DNA of 64,000 nucleotides from Candidatus Multivorans sp. (GTDB lineage Bacteria; Acidobacteriota; Thermoanaerobaculia; Multivoradales; Multivoraceae): NCBI GenBank assembly GCA_965247095.1, contig OZ251997.1, positions 2,336,001 to 2,400,000 of the forward strand, read 5' to 3'. Shown piece by piece: positions 48,321 to 58,300 of this stretch (position 1 is its first letter; each line of letters starts with the position of its first letter). The notes under the pieces were generated by a model. It saw only the letters and a program-made list of their open reading frames with translations, ran no database searches and was not told where the DNA came from. The position numbers and the translations under genes were made by a program.

Positions 48321-49010
48321 ATGGCTCAACTCGATCTACTGCCCGGACCCGCCGCGTTGCTGGAGGCAACCCGCGGACCGATCGGCGAGCACCTGGGCGG
48401 CGAGGAACACATGCGCCTCGGCGGCGGAACCGCGCTGGAGGCCCGATGGCATCACCGGGTCAGCACCGACGTGGACCTGTTCGTGGACGCCGAGCACTAT
48501 CGCGGGCTGTACGCGAATGAGGAACGCTTCGTGAGCGACATGAAGTCGCAGTTCGGCGACGGCACGCTCGTCGCGGTGAACGCCGGCTTCGCCAAGATCA
48601 ACTTCGCCGACGGCGGAGAAGTCAGCGTTGGCACGACGCCTACGCGCACCGGCGATCCCCGGTCGTCCGACACCGCCCGCGGAACCAGGGTGCCGCTTGA
48701 AACGAGCAAGGAAATCCTGGCGAAGAAGATCGACGCCCGGATGTTCCACAACGCGACCCTGGTCGTCCGCGACCTGTACGACATCGCGGTAGCGCGCCAC
48801 TACGAGCCGGCCGCCCTGGAGGGCGCATTGCGCGCGATCCGCGCCTCGAAGCTTGAAGACATCGCCGGCGAGCTGGGTTCCCTGCCGCCCGGCTGGATGG
48901 AGAAGCAGCGGCCACGCCTCATCGAGCCGGTGAGGCTGAACGAGGCTCAGAACGCCGTTGCGATCGTCGCCCGGATGTTCCGGGAACGACAGATGACCTG
49001 GGACAGGTGA
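48321..49010 (+). CDS. AbiEii/AbiGii-family nucleotidyltransferase toxin
   Basis: LGGGTAL..RWHHRVSTDVDLF, ILAKK, RDLYD. Confidence 0.85.
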   Translation: MAQLDLLPGPAALLEATRGPIGEHLGGEEHMRLGGGTALEARWHHRVSTDVDLFVDAEHYRGLYANEERFVSDMKSQFGDGTLVAVNAGFAKINFADGGEVSVGTTPTRTGDPRSSDTARGTRVPLETSKEILAKKIDARMFHNATLVVRDLYDIAVARHYEPAALEGALRAIRASKLEDIAGELGSLPPGWMEKQRPRLIEPVRLNEAQNAVAIVARMFRERQMTWDR

Positions 49011-49014
49011 ACTG

Positions 49015-49668
49015 ATGCTCGACCTCGACCAGGTCCGCGCCGCGTACTTCAATCCGCCGCCGGACGATCCCGAGTACCAACCGAGCCGCGAGGAGCGGTT
49101 CGCGCAGTACGAACGGCGGGCGGTCAAGTGGTGTCTCGAGCGCGGCGGCGATCCCCGCGCCGAGGGCCTGGGGGAACACGGCTCGTTGATCGGCGGGCCG
49201 GGCAAACCGCTGCGGGTGGTCGGCCGACCGTCGGCGCTCGAGTACGCGGTGGACTGGAGGCCGCTGCCGCTCACTTGGTTCGGGCACCGCCGGGCGCGCA
49301 CTCCGGTGTGCGCGACGCTGAACCCTGACGTTCTGAGGCCTCTGTCGGCGGGCTATCTGGCCGGCACGCCGAACCGGCCCGACGGCGCCGAGCTGGCCCG
49401 CATCTTCCGTTCGGAGCAGCCGACACGGCGCGAGCGTGCGCACCTGTACGAGATCTTCGCGTGCATGGAGCTGTCGTATCTCGCCGAACTGTTCTCGAGC
49501 AGCGGGTTGTCGCTGTACGAGATCGCGCGCGCGATCCATGTCTCGGATACGCGGCGGGGCGAGGTGGTGGCGTGGCTCAACCAGTTCGGCGTGCGCCCCG
49601 AACCCGGCCCCGGGCCGTTCCAGCACGACGAGAGCGAGGTCGAGCGGGGCCGGCGACCGAGCCGATGA
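49015..49668 (+). CDS. Hypothetical protein, probable partner of the AbiEii gene
   Basis: Starts 4 bp after the toxin stop; no recognised motif. Confidence 0.6.
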   Translation: MLDLDQVRAAYFNPPPDDPEYQPSREERFAQYERRAVKWCLERGGDPRAEGLGEHGSLIGGPGKPLRVVGRPSALEYAVDWRPLPLTWFGHRRARTPVCATLNPDVLRPLSAGYLAGTPNRPDGAELARIFRSEQPTRRERAHLYEIFACMELSYLAELFSSSGLSLYEIARAIHVSDTRRGEVVAWLNQFGVRPEPGPGPFQHDESEVERGRRPSR

Positions 49669-49883
49669 AGGCATATGAAGAGGCCCTGTTCGGGGCGTTC
49701 GTAGGGGCTCAGGCCGTCGAGGAGCAAGCCCGAGAGTTGGTCTTGCGATACGACCAGGATGGCCGCCTCCAGCTCACTGATCGTCAACGGAAAGGCGTCC
49801 TGGGGGACGCTAAGAACATCAAGACACGGGCTGGAGACTTGTTCGGAGCACTCATCACCCTCCGCAACGCTCCGCGCCCATAG
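49665..49883 (+). CDS. Small hypothetical protein (72 aa)
   Basis: ATGA-coupled to the previous gene; helical, protein-like sequence. Confidence 0.45.
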   Translation: MKAYEEALFGAFVGAQAVEEQARELVLRYDQDGRLQLTDRQRKGVLGDAKNIKTRAGDLFGALITLRNAPRP

Positions 49884-49951
49884 GTGTCACGGTGCCCCTT
49901 ACGGGGATCTACGTTTCCGGCGCTCCCACTCAGCGGCGGTCGGAGCCGGAA

Positions 49952-50143
49952 TCAGTCCCGGTCGCTCGGCTCCCCGGTTAGGTGTTGGGATGAGCCAGCC
50001 GGGAGCCGGCCAGTCGAACGTTCTTGCCGGCGGCGTTCGCGCAGGATCTCAGCGTACATCTTGTCGGCTCTGGCCTCGCTGGCGGCGCGCCGCTCTGGCG
50101 ACCAGGTCTTGATGAGGTCCTCCCACGGATAGTGTCCCGTCAT
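49952..50143 (-). CDS. Micro-ORF array member 3 (HigA-N-terminus-like)
   Basis: GGGGAGG RBS, ATGA overlap; paralog of 50337-50528. Confidence 0.6.
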   Translation of the reverse strand: MTGHYPWEDLIKTWSPERRAASEARADKMYAEILRERRRQERSTGRLPAGSSQHLTGEPSDRD

Positions 50144-50340
50144 CGTCTTGGTCCTCCCCTGCTAACTCCGGTCGGCTTCCGGCTCGGGCCTGTCGTTCCA
50201 GGTTCGGTCTTGGAGAGCTTCGCAAGGCGGGGGCGGTCGCTGTTGGCGACGATCTCGGCGGCCTCACGCTCGATCTCGGCGATTTCCTTCGGGGTGTAAA
50301 AGCTCCTCAGGATGTCGTCCAACGGAACGGGCTCGGTCAT
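50140..50340 (-). CDS. Micro-ORF array member 2
   Basis: GGGGAGG RBS, ATGA overlap; shares its C-terminal tail with member 1. Confidence 0.6.
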   Translation of the reverse strand: MTEPVPLDDILRSFYTPKEIAEIEREAAEIVANSDRPRLAKLSKTEPGTTGPSRKPTGVSRGGPRR

Positions 50341-50528
50341 CGTGTCGGTCCTCCCCTGCGACTCCCGGTCGGTTTCCGGCTCGGGCCTGACGGTGCAGGT
50401 TCGGTCTTCGCGAGTTCGCGTTGGCGCCGGATCTCAGCGAGCGTCTTGGCGTTGTCGGCCTTGATGCGGGCGCGAGTCTCGGGCGGCAGGGTCTTGATGA
50501 GGTCCTCCCACGGATAGTGTCCAGTCAT
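50337..50528 (-). CDS. Micro-ORF array member 1 (HigA-N-terminus-like)
   Basis: GGGGAGG RBS; MTGHYPWEDLIKTLPPETRARIKA. Confidence 0.6.
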   Translation of the reverse strand: MTGHYPWEDLIKTLPPETRARIKADNAKTLAEIRRQRELAKTEPAPSGPSRKPTGSRRGGPTR

Positions 50529-50822
50529 CGTGTGAGTCCTCCCCTGCCTGCGACGAAGCCTATCGCTACGGCAGCCGAGCGGGAGCAGCAAGCAGGTCGA
50601 GGTACGCGACTGACCTGGACATAGGGGAACGCCCACCTGGAGACAACGCAGTCCACAGGGTTTCGGGCCTCGATTCCGTCTAGGTCAGTAGGGAGGGCGG
50701 CCGCGGCGGTCCCCTTGCTCCTGAGACGGGCGCACACAGCGCCGCCCGGTCGCTCTCCCGGTGGAGCGTCTGAACGACGGAATTGAGGGCCCTCCGGCCA
50801 CTTTTCGCGCCTGGCTAGCAAC

Positions 50823-51160
50823 TTCCCCCAGGGGGGAAATGGGTCGATTGCCCCCCTTCACGAGGCCCCGGCGGCCCGCGCAGGAGTCTTACCGCCGCGT
50901 GTCCCTCTGTTCCGGTCGCCGTAGCCAGCCTCCGGATCCGCGGATTCTCCGCGGCGCGCAGCGCCGCCGCGTCTGTGGTCGTCCAAGCGTGGCGTACCGG
51001 GTCTGGCTCTTGAAGGATCAGAACGCGAACGGCCCCCCCTTGGGGGGGCTTAGGGGGGTTCTGGATCTAATGGATCTAATGCTGACCGCGAAGATGTAGG
51101 CGGGACAAGGGTTTCCGGGGTTTAGCGTGACGCGAACCCGCCGTAGCGTGACGCGCACGG
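50823..51160. promoter_or_regulatory. Candidate plasmid replication origin
   Basis: TAGCGTGACGCG twice at 21-bp period (51123, 51144); TGGATCTAA tandem (51062-51079); C7-TT-G7 and C5-A-G6 palindromes; directly after the putative rep stop. Confidence 0.5.
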
Positions 51161-51167
51161 GAGGCGG

Positions 51168-51827
51168 TCAGTCGTCCAGCAGCGTCCGGATCAAGTGCCA
51201 CTTGTAGGCCCCGGATTCGTTCTGCTCGACGCGCCGGGTCGCCTCGACGTAGCGCGCACTGGCACGCACGACGAAGACGGCTTCACCCGTCTTCCCCGGC
51301 CGCAGGATGCGCTCGACGAGCTCCACGGTGTCGCCGGCTTCGGCTTCGCCGCGGCCGGCGGCGAGATAGCCGTGCTTGACCAGGTGCTCGAACAGTCGGC
51401 CCAGGCGCTTCCGGTCCCGGTCGGTGAGCGGACCCTCCGGCACGTCGTCGCCGGCCATGCGGAGCACGTCGGCGCCGGCGATGCGCACCTCTTGACCTGG
51501 GCCGGTCTTCCCCGTCGCGGGCTGTAGGAGTTCGGGGGTCCAGCCGCCTTTTCCGGGCGACCACGCCAGACGTGCCTCGATGCCGTCGAGGGCGCGGCGG
51601 GCGCGGGTGTCCCGGGCACTGCGGAGGTCCTGGCGGAACAGGCCGCCGGTGAGTCTCCAGGCTCGCGGCCCTTCTCGCCGCGCCCAGGTCGGCGGGCCAA
51701 GGGTCCAAAGCTCCGGTGTGGGCACGTCAACGAACGCGAGCGGTCGCCAGTCTGTGGGCGTGAGTCGAACACCGAGGCCATAGAGGACCGACAAAGGATC
51801 GACCGCGCGAGCTTGATCGAAACGGTT
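51168..51827 (-). pseudogene. C-terminal half of the split plasmid gene (putative Rep)
   Basis: The ORF-track N-terminus lies inside the riboswitch; the frame matches 40316-41047 at the AAC-CG core. Confidence 0.7.
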
Positions 51828-51919
51828 TTCGTCTTGGATCACAGTCGCGGGGCGGTGGGAGATTCGCACTCCCTTCCCTTGAACTGCCTGCGTTCTGATG
51901 TGTGCTCAGACTCTTGCCG
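51823..51919 (-). promoter_or_regulatory. Cobalamin riboswitch, 5' half
   Basis: Minus strand AAGGGAA-GGGAG-TGCGAAT-CTCCC-ACCGCCCCGCGACTGTGA...GACGAA; 5' CGGCAAGA can pair with TCTGCCG of the 3' half. Confidence 0.82.
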
Positions 51920-52039
51920 CGATGTTCCCTGTCACGCGATCTTCCCTGTCACGATTGAAGAATCAGGCTGCGAGCGGACATCGTAGCAGCGAGACCGCCG
52001 TCGTCGAACCCGGACTGTGGCGGCGTCATACGACCTACA

Positions 52040-55000
52040 ATGACGTCCATGCGACACGCCACGGATTCCGGCGCACCCCGCCCCGGCGAGCAACTGTCGC
52101 TGCTCCCGGGTCGGCCCGAGTCTCCAGTTCGCATCCACGCCTCGACCCGCCTCGAGACCCTCGCGGTCCGGCTCGCCGACCACATGGAGCGGAAACCCGC
52201 CGAGCCGCTCGAACCGGAACGAATCGTCGTCCCGGACCCCCTGATGGGCCAGTGGCTGCGGCTCGAGGTGGCGTCCCACCTCGGCGTCGCTGCCCACCTC
52301 AGGATCGAGCAGCCGGCCGAGTTCGCCTGGGCCGCGATGCGCGAGCAGGTGGAAGGACTCGCCGGCGAGTCGGTCTACGGACCGCCCCATCTCCGCTGGA
52401 GAATCTTCGACCATCTGAAGAACTGGAGCGGGGACGACGAGATCGCCCGCTACCTGGAGGACGGCGACGCGCGCAAGCGTTTCGAGCTCGCTGACCGGCT
52501 CGCCGCCGCCTACGACCGGTGCCGCGTGTATCGGCCGGACAGCATTCGCGCATGGCAGCAAGGCGGACCGCAAGACTGGCATGCGCGGCTGTGGGCAGAC
52601 CTCGCGGCGGGCGAGACGGCGCCGCGGCACTGGGTCGACGCCATCGACCGCTATCGCGACGCCCTGGCCGGACGGACAGCGACGGCGCCGCGCAAGAGGG
52701 TGAGCTTCTTCCACGTCGCCTCGATGTCGCCCACCTACGTCGAAATGCTGGCGCTGGCCGCCGGGGCGATGGATGTCCACCTGTACCTGCTCAGCCCCTC
52801 GCGCCGGTTCTGGGACGCGCAGCCCAGGCGCGACGACCGCGGCTACTACCAGGAGCACGACGATCTGCTCAGCGCCTGGGGCCGCCCGGCCCGCGACCTG
52901 CAGGTGCTGCTGGTGGACGAGCTGGATGCCACCGCGGTCGTGGACCTTGAAGCCGCCGAAGACGCGCCGCGCGCCGCCACCTGTCTGGCCGCCCTGCAGC
53001 GGGACATCCTTGGCGTGCGGACCGGCGGCGAAGCACTCGAACACGAACCGGAACGCCCGGATGACTCGATCCAGGTCCACGTCTGCCACTCCCCCACGCG
53101 CGAAATCGAGGTCCTGCACGACCGGCTGCTCGGCATCTTCGACCACCACCCCGACATCCAGCCCTCGGACGTGCTCGTCGTCACGCCGGACCTCGACACC
53201 TACGCGCCTCTGATCGAGGCGGTGTTCGGATCGGCGGAGCAGATCGGCTTCAGCATCGGCAGACAGCGGCTGAAGGAAGGCGCCGCTCTGACCGCCTTCC
53301 TCGACCTCCTGGAACTGCCCGGATCGCGCTACGCGGCCAGCGACGTGCTGGCGCCGCTGCTCGCGTCCTCGGTCCGAGGTCGCTTCGGCATCGACGACGC
53401 CGACCTGGCAGCGATTCGAGAAGCGGTCGCCCGGGCCAGGGTCCGCTGGGGCCTCGACGAGAACCACCGCACCGAGCTCGGCGTGCCGGCTTCCGAGAAC
53501 CACAACTGGCGCCGTGGGCTGAATCGCCTGGTCCTCGGGTACACGATGCAGGAAGGCGATGTGCTGATCGACGGCATCACGCCCTGCGCACTCGACGGGC
53601 GGGGCTTCCGCACCGGCGCCAACGATTACGAACTGTTGGGTCGGTTTCAGCGCTACTGCGAACTCGCGTTCGCGCTGGGCGGGTGGGTCGAAGCCGAGTA
53701 CACATCGGACGGGTGGACCAAGCGCCTCCGGGCCGAGGTTCTCGAGGTGTTCTTCACCCGGGACCCGCGGCATGGAGTCGAGACCTTCCGGGAGGTCGAC
53801 ACCGTGGCCAGGCTCATCGACGAGTTCGACGACCAGTGCACACGGGCGGGAGCTGCCCGACCGATCCCTTTCACGGTGCTGCGGGACGTCCTGAAGGGAC
53901 TCGCCGAAGAGGCTGTTCGCTCGGCGCCGCGACTGGCCGACGGGGTCGCGGTCGCCGACCTCGCTTCCGGCCAGATCTTCCCGGTCAAGGTGATCTGCGC
54001 GGTTGGCATGAACGACGGTTCCTTCCCCCGCCGCCCGCCGCCCGCGGCTTTCGACTTCCAGGCCAACCTCTTCGACGGCGAGGCCCGCAGGCCCGGCGAC
54101 CGCGACCGTCGTGACGAGGACCGCTCAGCCTTCCTCGAGGCTCTGCTCGCGGCGCGGCAATGCTTCGTGTTGACGTACACCGGCCGGGATCTCCAGGAAG
54201 ACAAGCCCATTCCGCCGTCCATCGTCGTCAGCGAACTGACGCAGCGCCTCAAGCAGCGCTTCCCGGCGTTCGAGACGGAAGACCGGGCGCAACGCCATCC
54301 GCTGCAACCGTTCAGCCCCCGCTACTTCGAGGACGAGGATCGGGACAGGTCCGCGCTGTTCAGCTACTCGCCGCCGATGGCCGCGGCGGCAACCACCATG
54401 GGAACGAGCCGCGAGGCCCCCGAGCGCTTCGAGGGCGAGGTGGCGACGAGCGGCCGGCAGGGGTCGGCCGAGGAACTCGAGCTGGAGGACCTCATCCGGT
54501 TCGGAGTCAGTCCGTCGAAGGACTTCGTCCGCAACCGGCTGGACATGGTCCTCGACACACGGGACGAGGACGTGGAGGACGACGAACCCCTCGGCCTGAA
54601 CGCGCTCGAGATCTGGCAACTGAAGAGCGACCTGGCGGGGTTCGGCGACCTGGATGGAGACCGGACGCTCGAGCTGGCCGCGGCCCGCGGCCTGCTGCCG
54701 CCAAGGAATCTGGGGCTTGTTCAGCACCGCGAGTCGGCCGCTCAGGTCAGGGGTCTCCTGGAAGCCCTGCATCCGTTTCAGGAGCACAGCGGATCCCGGC
54801 TCCAGCAAGTGGATGTCCTGTTCGGGGAGACGCGCCTGGTCGGCGGGGTCGACCGGTTCCATGAAGTGAAGAACGAGCTCCTGTGGTGGCGGATCGGCCG
54901 CATCCGGGCCAAGGACCAGATCGAAGTCTGGCTGCGGCTGCTGGCGCTCATCTGCCACCGCGAACAAACAGCCACGGCTCACCTGTTCGGCGTCAAGACG

Positions 55001-55300
55001 GAAGTCGAGAAGGTCACACTCACCGGCCCCGACCCGGCGGATGCCCGGCCGATGCTCGGCGACTGGATCGATCTCTGGCGGGACGGCCAGCGCAGGCCGC
55101 TGCCGTTCTTCGCCTCGACTTCCTGGGAGTGGATCGCCAGGAAGGAGTCGAGCGACGCCGCCCGAAAGAAGTGGAACAGCGACTTCGGTGACGGGAATGA
55201 CTCCTGCCACCACCTGATCTTCGGCGCCGACCCCTGCGGCGACGAGTTCGAGGCCCTTGCCCGGCGCCTGCTCAGCCCGCTGAAGGAGGCGAGTTCGTGA
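52040..55300 (+). CDS. recC: Exodeoxyribonuclease V gamma subunit
   Basis: E.IVVP...MGQWL, IQVHVCHSPTREIEVLHDRLL, GMNDG.FPR, HPLQPFS. Confidence 0.95.
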   Translation: MTSMRHATDSGAPRPGEQLSLLPGRPESPVRIHASTRLETLAVRLADHMERKPAEPLEPERIVVPDPLMGQWLRLEVASHLGVAAHLRIEQPAEFAWAAMREQVEGLAGESVYGPPHLRWRIFDHLKNWSGDDEIARYLEDGDARKRFELADRLAAAYDRCRVYRPDSIRAWQQGGPQDWHARLWADLAAGETAPRHWVDAIDRYRDALAGRTATAPRKRVSFFHVASMSPTYVEMLALAAGAMDVHLYLLSPSRRFWDAQPRRDDRGYYQEHDDLLSAWGRPARDLQVLLVDELDATAVVDLEAAEDAPRAATCLAALQRDILGVRTGGEALEHEPERPDDSIQVHVCHSPTREIEVLHDRLLGIFDHHPDIQPSDVLVVTPDLDTYAPLIEAVFGSAEQIGFSIGRQRLKEGAALTAFLDLLELPGSRYAASDVLAPLLASSVRGRFGIDDADLAAIREAVARARVRWGLDENHRTELGVPASENHNWRRGLNRLVLGYTMQEGDVLIDGITPCALDGRGFRTGANDYELLGRFQRYCELAFALGGWVEAEYTSDGWTKRLRAEVLEVFFTRDPRHGVETFREVDTVARLIDEFDDQCTRAGAARPIPFTVLRDVLKGLAEEAVRSAPRLADGVAVADLASGQIFPVKVICAVGMNDGSFPRRPPPAAFDFQANLFDGEARRPGDRDRRDEDRSAFLEALLAARQCFVLTYTGRDLQEDKPIPPSIVVSELTQRLKQRFPAFETEDRAQRHPLQPFSPRYFEDEDRDRSALFSYSPPMAAAATTMGTSREAPERFEGEVATSGRQGSAEELELEDLIRFGVSPSKDFVRNRLDMVLDTRDEDVEDDEPLGLNALEIWQLKSDLAGFGDLDGDRTLELAAARGLLPPRNLGLVQHRESAAQVRGLLEALHPFQEHSGSRLQQVDVLFGETRLVGGVDRFHEVKNELLWWRIGRIRAKDQIEVWLRLLALICHREQTATAHLFGVKTEVEKVTLTGPDPADARPMLGDWIDLWRDGQRRPLPFFASTSWEWIARKESSDAARKKWNSDFGDGNDSCHHLIFGADPCGDEFEALARRLLSPLKEASS

Positions 55301-58300
55301 CGGCCCAGGCCGGGGGCAACGATCCCCTCACCAGGTCACTTGACGGCGATCTGATCATCGAGGCCAGCGCGGGCACGGGCAAGACCTACACCCTGACCAC
55401 ACTGGTCGCCCGCCTGATCGTCGAAGCGGACCGGAACATCGACGAGCTCCTGATCGTCACGTTCACGATCTCCGCCGCCGGCGAACTCCGGGAGCGGGTC
55501 TGGCGTACCTTGCAGGCGGCACGACGGGCTCTCGCCGAGCCCGGCGCCGTGGTCGACGGGCAGGCCCGCGAACTGGCTCAGCGCTGGCGGAACGTCGGCA
55601 TTCCAGACGCCGACGCGGCGATACGGCTGACCAGCGCCATCCGCGATTTCGACCGGGCCAACATCACGACCATCCATGGCTTTTGCCAGCGCGCGCTGTC
55701 CGAGTTCGCCCTCAATGCGGGCATCCCGTTCCGCTTCCAGGTCAGCGGCGATGACGCGCTGGCGGTCGCCGCGGCGACGCAGGACTTCTGGCGCCAGAAC
55801 ATGGCGCCCGCGGAGATTCCGTTCCTCGAGTACGCAGAGGGCCGGAACTTCGTTCCGAAGAAAGGACTCCCCTGGGGCGAGGACGCAACCACGTGGGTCG
55901 TCCGGTGCCACGCCAAACAAAGCGACATCCGCGGCGCCGCCGACCCGGAGGAGGTCCAGCAGGCGCAGCAATCAGGTCGCGATCCCTGGCTCCAGGCGTT
56001 CCAGGCAGCACGTGCCGCGTGGAACGACGACAGCCAGCGTCAGATCTTCCTTGAGGCGCTGGCCACACACAGGTGGAACAAGAACGAGAACGACGACCGG
56101 CTCAGCGAAGTCACCGCCGCATTCCGCGCAAACGATCCGGCGTTGTTTCCCCGGGAACGCGCCGGCTACTTCGGCCGCGAATCGCTGACCGGCAAACTGA
56201 GGAAGACAACGCCCCGGCAGCAACTTCCGGCCATTCTCCTCTACGACGCCTTCGACCGTCTGGGAAAGGCAGCAACGGAACTTCCGCAACTCTGGCTCGC
56301 CGGCCAGCGCAGCCTGCTTCTGGAGAACGTCCGGACGACTCTGCACCACGACGCCTGGGCGGACCGGCGCCTGAGCTTCAACGCCCTCCTGACCGAGTTG
56401 CACCGCGCGCTCGATGGCCAGTTCGGTGCGCCTCTGGCGGAACGGATCCGCGCCCGATACCCGGTCGCCCTGATCGACGAGTTCCAGGATACGGATCGCC
56501 TGCAGGCCGACATCTTCGAGAAGATCTACCCCGGCGGCGGCGCGCCGAACGGCAGCCTGCTCGTCGTCGGCGACCCCAAACAGTCCATCTACCGCTTCCG
56601 CGGCGCCGATGTCTTCGCCTACTTCGACGCCAAGAAACGCCTGTCCGGCACGAACGTCGAGCTGAAGCTCGAGAAGAACTACCGCTCGACACCCGGACTC
56701 GTCCGTGCCGTGAACGCCCTGTTCGAAAGACCCAGGCCATTCGTCCTCCCTGATCCGGGGTTCCACTTCGAGGCAGCCGCCGCGGCCGACTCCACCCGCG
56801 GTGAACTCGTCGTACCCGACCAAGACCACGATGCCCGGCCCTTCGAGATCCAGTTGGTTCGAAGGGCAGATGGCAAGAAGTGGACGAAGGGGCAACTGAG
56901 ACAGGCGACAGCCGAGCACACCGCCGGCGAGATCGCGCGCTTGCTGGAGCCGACGCGGAACGGAGGGGCTGCCGCGATCGTCTCGGAAGCCGGCAAGGCG
57001 CCCATCACCGACGGCGACATCGCCGTGCTCGTCCGCACGGGCGAGCAGGGCAGGGCAGTCGCCCAATCGCTGCTGGGCTACGGCATCGACAGCATCGAGA
57101 TGGGGGTCGACAGCGTCTACGACTCCCACGAGGCTGCGGCCCTCTACCGGCTCCTGTACGCCCTGTGCACGGCCGAATCGGAGTACAACGCGACACCGCT
57201 GCTGCGCGGCGCGCTGGCGGCGGACCTGTTCGGCCTGAGCCTGCAGGACCTCGCCAGACTCCGGGACGAGGACGACTTCTGGACAGACTGGCGCGACTTG
57301 GCGCGCGGCTCGCGCGGCTGGGGCCAGGTCTGGAAGGAGCAGGGCATCGCGGCTCTGATCCGGCACATCCTCTTCGCCAAGGACTCCGACTGCGCCGCGA
57401 ACCTTCTGGGCTACCCCGACGGCCCGCGCCGTCTGACGAACTACCTGCACCTCGCGGACCTGCTCCACGAGGCGGAGACCTGGCGCCGGCCCTCGCGCCA
57501 CGGTCTCGTCGACTGGTTCAGGCGGTCGCGAGCCGAGCCCAGCGGCGGCGACGAGACGTCACAGCTTCGTCTGGAGAGTGACGAGAAGCTGGTCAAGATC
57601 GTGACCGTCCATCGGGCGAAGGGACTGGAGTTCCCGATTGTCTTCTGTCCCTTCACCTGGGACGGGCGCCAACCGAAACCCCCCGAGATGGCCGAGTACT
57701 TCGACGCCGCGGCAGGAACGCCCGTACTCCATCTGCGACCGGCGGACGACCATCGCGACCGCCAGCGCCTCGAAGAACACGCGGACGAGTTGCGCCTTCT
57801 CTACGTGGCGCTGACCCGAGCGAAGTACCGCTGCGTGGTGGGTTGGGCACAGGCGACAGGCGCCCAGCACGCACCGCTGGCCTGGCTCCTGCATCCGAAT
57901 GGGGGCGGCGGCGATCAGAGCCCGATCGACGCGCTGAAGGAGAACGCCGAGAGGGTGGCCAAACTCGGCGCGGAGGAGTGGCGAGCCGAGGTTCACCGCC
58001 TCGCCGGCAAGGCGCCGGAAGACATCTCGGTCCGGGAGATCGACCTCGCTCTGCCCGACGGCGGGGAACCAATCCGCCGCGCCGAGCCCGAAAACCGCGA
58101 AGAACCCTTCCAGGCCCGCGAACTCCGCCGCCAGCTCGCTTCCATCCGCCAGCGCACCAGCTACTCCGCGCTCTCCACCGGCGCCGGCGCCGCTCAGTCC
58201 GAGATCGAGCATGAAGAAGCCGAACGGCCCGACCACGACCCGGACGAACCGGACGCTTCCGGCGAGGTCGCGGCCGCGGAGCGGCCTGCCGAGGAGGACG

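Larger units (their letters stand above)
40323..51827. mobile_element. Integrated mobilisable plasmid-like element (11,500-bp circle)
   Basis: CGGTT at both ends; splits a riboswitch; carries parA, tyrosine recombinase, mbeCABD, a TA-type gene and iteron-like repeats; terminal ORFs join in frame on circularisation. Confidence 0.9.

Noticed and set aside
49952-50545. Micro-ORF array as an integron cassette array
   Set aside because: No attC-like palindromes between ORFs (they overlap by ATGA) and the recombinase is Cre-like rather than IntI-like
51828-51869. GTG start of the 233-aa ORF 51168-51869 as a real gene start
   Set aside because: These codons lie in the host riboswitch outside the element; the ORF is better explained as the 3' half of a split gene
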